Source: Centroscyllium fabricii (Eukaryota). From it: a stretch of DNA of 64,000 bases. Under the pieces are notes generated by a model. That model was not told the DNA's origin, made no database searches, and saw only the letters and a list, made by a program, of their open reading frames with translations. The stretch lies in assembly GCA_051313645.2 (NCBI GenBank), contig JBNRSN020000024.1, positions 93,806,001 to 93,870,000 on the forward strand. Direction: 5' to 3'. The translations under genes and the position numbers were made by a program. Within the stretch, counting starts at the first letter, position 1. Every line of letters starts with the position of its first letter. This document shows positions 62,495 to 64,000 of the stretch, one piece after another.

Positions 62495-63945
62495 TTAGTT
62501 AGGGCTTTAAACTAAATAGTGGGGTGGAGGGGGGGGGGGGGGGTTCAAGTGAAGGGGAATTTAGAGAGTCAAAGAGAAAGGAGGAGGCAATAGTGCAGGG
62601 TAGCGATCGGGGTAATGAGAACCAGAGTGTGGCAGGAAGAGGCACAGCATACAAACTTAAGAGTGCACCAGCAAATAGAGTTAGGGTAGAGAAAAATGGT
62701 AAAAAGACAAAATTAAAGGCTCTTTATCTGAATGCACACAGCATTCGTAACAAGATAGGTGAGTTGATGGCACAAATAGAAATAAAATGGGTCTGATCTG
62801 ATAGCCATTAGAGAGACGTGGTTGCAAGGTGACCAAGGCTGGGAACTGAATATTCAGGGGTATTTGACATTTCGGAAGGATAGGCAGAAAGAAAAAGGAG
62901 GTGGGGTAGCTGTGTTAATAAAGATGAGATCAGTGCAGTGGTGAGAAATGATCTTGGCTCAGAAGATCAAGCTGCAGAATCAGTTTGAGTGGAGAGAAGA
63001 AATAGTATGGGGAAAGAAGTCACTGGTGGGAGTAGTCTTTCGACCCCCCAACAGTAGTTACACTGTAGAACAGAGTATAAATCAATAAATAACGGGGACA
63101 TGTAAGAGAGGTACTGCAATAATCATAGGTGATTTTAATCATCATATAGATTGGACAAATCGAATTGGCAAGGGTAGCCTTGAGGATGAGTTCATAGAAT
63201 GTATTTGGGATGGTTTCTTATATCAATACGTTGTGGAACCAACCAGGGAACAGGCTATTTTAGATCTGGTAATGTGTAATGAGACAGGATTAATTAATGA
63301 TCGCATTGTAAAGGAGCCTCTAGGGAAGAGTGATCATAGCATGATGGAATTTCAGATTCAGTTTGAGGGTGAGAAACTTGGGTCTGAAAGTAGTGTTATA
63401 AAATGAAATAAAGGCAATTACGAAGGTATGAAGACAGAGTTGGCTAAAGTGGACTGGGTAAGATAGTAGATAAGCAGTGGCAGACATTTAAGGAGATATT
63501 TCATAACTCTCAGCTGAGGTTTATTCTAGTGAGAAAGAAAGAGCACGAGAAGGATGAACCATCCGTGGCTGACTAAGGAAGTTAAGGATGGCATCAAATT
63601 TAAGGAAAAGGCCGACAATGTTGTGAAGATTAGTGCAAGAAGTCGCACACACCAGGTTATAGTCCAACAGTTTTATCTGAAATCACAAGCTTTCGGAGCA
63701 CAGCTCCTTCCTCAGGTGTATGTAAAAGATTCATTTAAACACAGCATATATAGAGGGAGAGAACAATGTAATCTTTCCAACTGTTCAACACCACACAGAA
63801 GATTAGTGGTCGGCCAGAGGACTGGAAATGTTTTGAAACCAGCAAAGAATGACTAAAAAAATAATCAAGAGCGAGAAGATAGATTATAAAAGTAAACTAG
63901 CAAAAAGTCTAAAAACAGAGAGCAAGAGCTTCTACAGACATTTAA
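62495..63945 (+). mobile_element. Decayed CR1 LINE ORF1 end and ORF2 endonuclease region
   Basis: LYLNAHSIRNK, ETWLQG, GGGVA, GDFN, SDH and HPWLTKEVK, with stops. Confidence 0.88.
63636..63797 (-). mobile_element. Penelope-type terminal fragment with a hammerhead-like core (63684-63718) and an 11-bp TSD
   Basis: Minus strand CAC-CTGAGGA-A-GGAGC-TGT-GCTCC-GAAA-GCTT-GTG, flanked by GAAGATTAGTG (63625-63635, 63798-63808). Confidence 0.75.
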
Positions 63946-63953
63946 GGTGTATC

Positions 63954-64000
63954 CTTCTTCTTAGGCAGTCCCTCGGAGCCGAGGATGATTTGCTTCCACA
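63954..64000 (-). mobile_element. Probable RTE-type LINE 3' end, running off the window
   Basis: Minus strand GTGGAAGCAAATCATCCTCGGCTCCGAGGGACTGCCTAAGAAGAAG with an (AAG)n tail. Only about 45 bp visible. Confidence 0.5.

Overview
Eukaryotic, repeat-dense intronic DNA, most likely from a cartilaginous fish (inferred from HE1-like V-SINEs, Deu-domain SINEs and shark-type CR1 tails). The only host coding sequence I can support is four minus-strand exons of NCOR1 (179, 55, 102 and 131 nt, all with AG/GT boundaries), encoding the DAD/SANT1 region and the following E/K-rich segment. The introns hold many decayed CR1 LINEs, an L2, two RTE-X-like 3' ends, Penelope remnants with hammerhead-like cores, an internally deleted Gypsy LTR element with both LTRs and a 5-bp TSD, four TIR-bounded non-autonomous DNA elements, a 5S rRNA-derived fragment and about 17 kb of tandem arrays. 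The very long ORFs in the track are artefacts of stop-free repeat units. I found no convincing new protein-coding system. The best leads are (i) a Gypsy element whose PBS position is not tRNA-like but complementary to its own LTR poly(A) signal, (ii) two large minisatellites that each arose from the 3' terminal motif of a CR1 LINE, (iii) an RTE-X-like LINE resembling teleost elements and (iv) a possible 5S-headed SINE with a Rex1-like tail. Family names come from recognition by eye, not database searches, and LINE boundaries are approximate.
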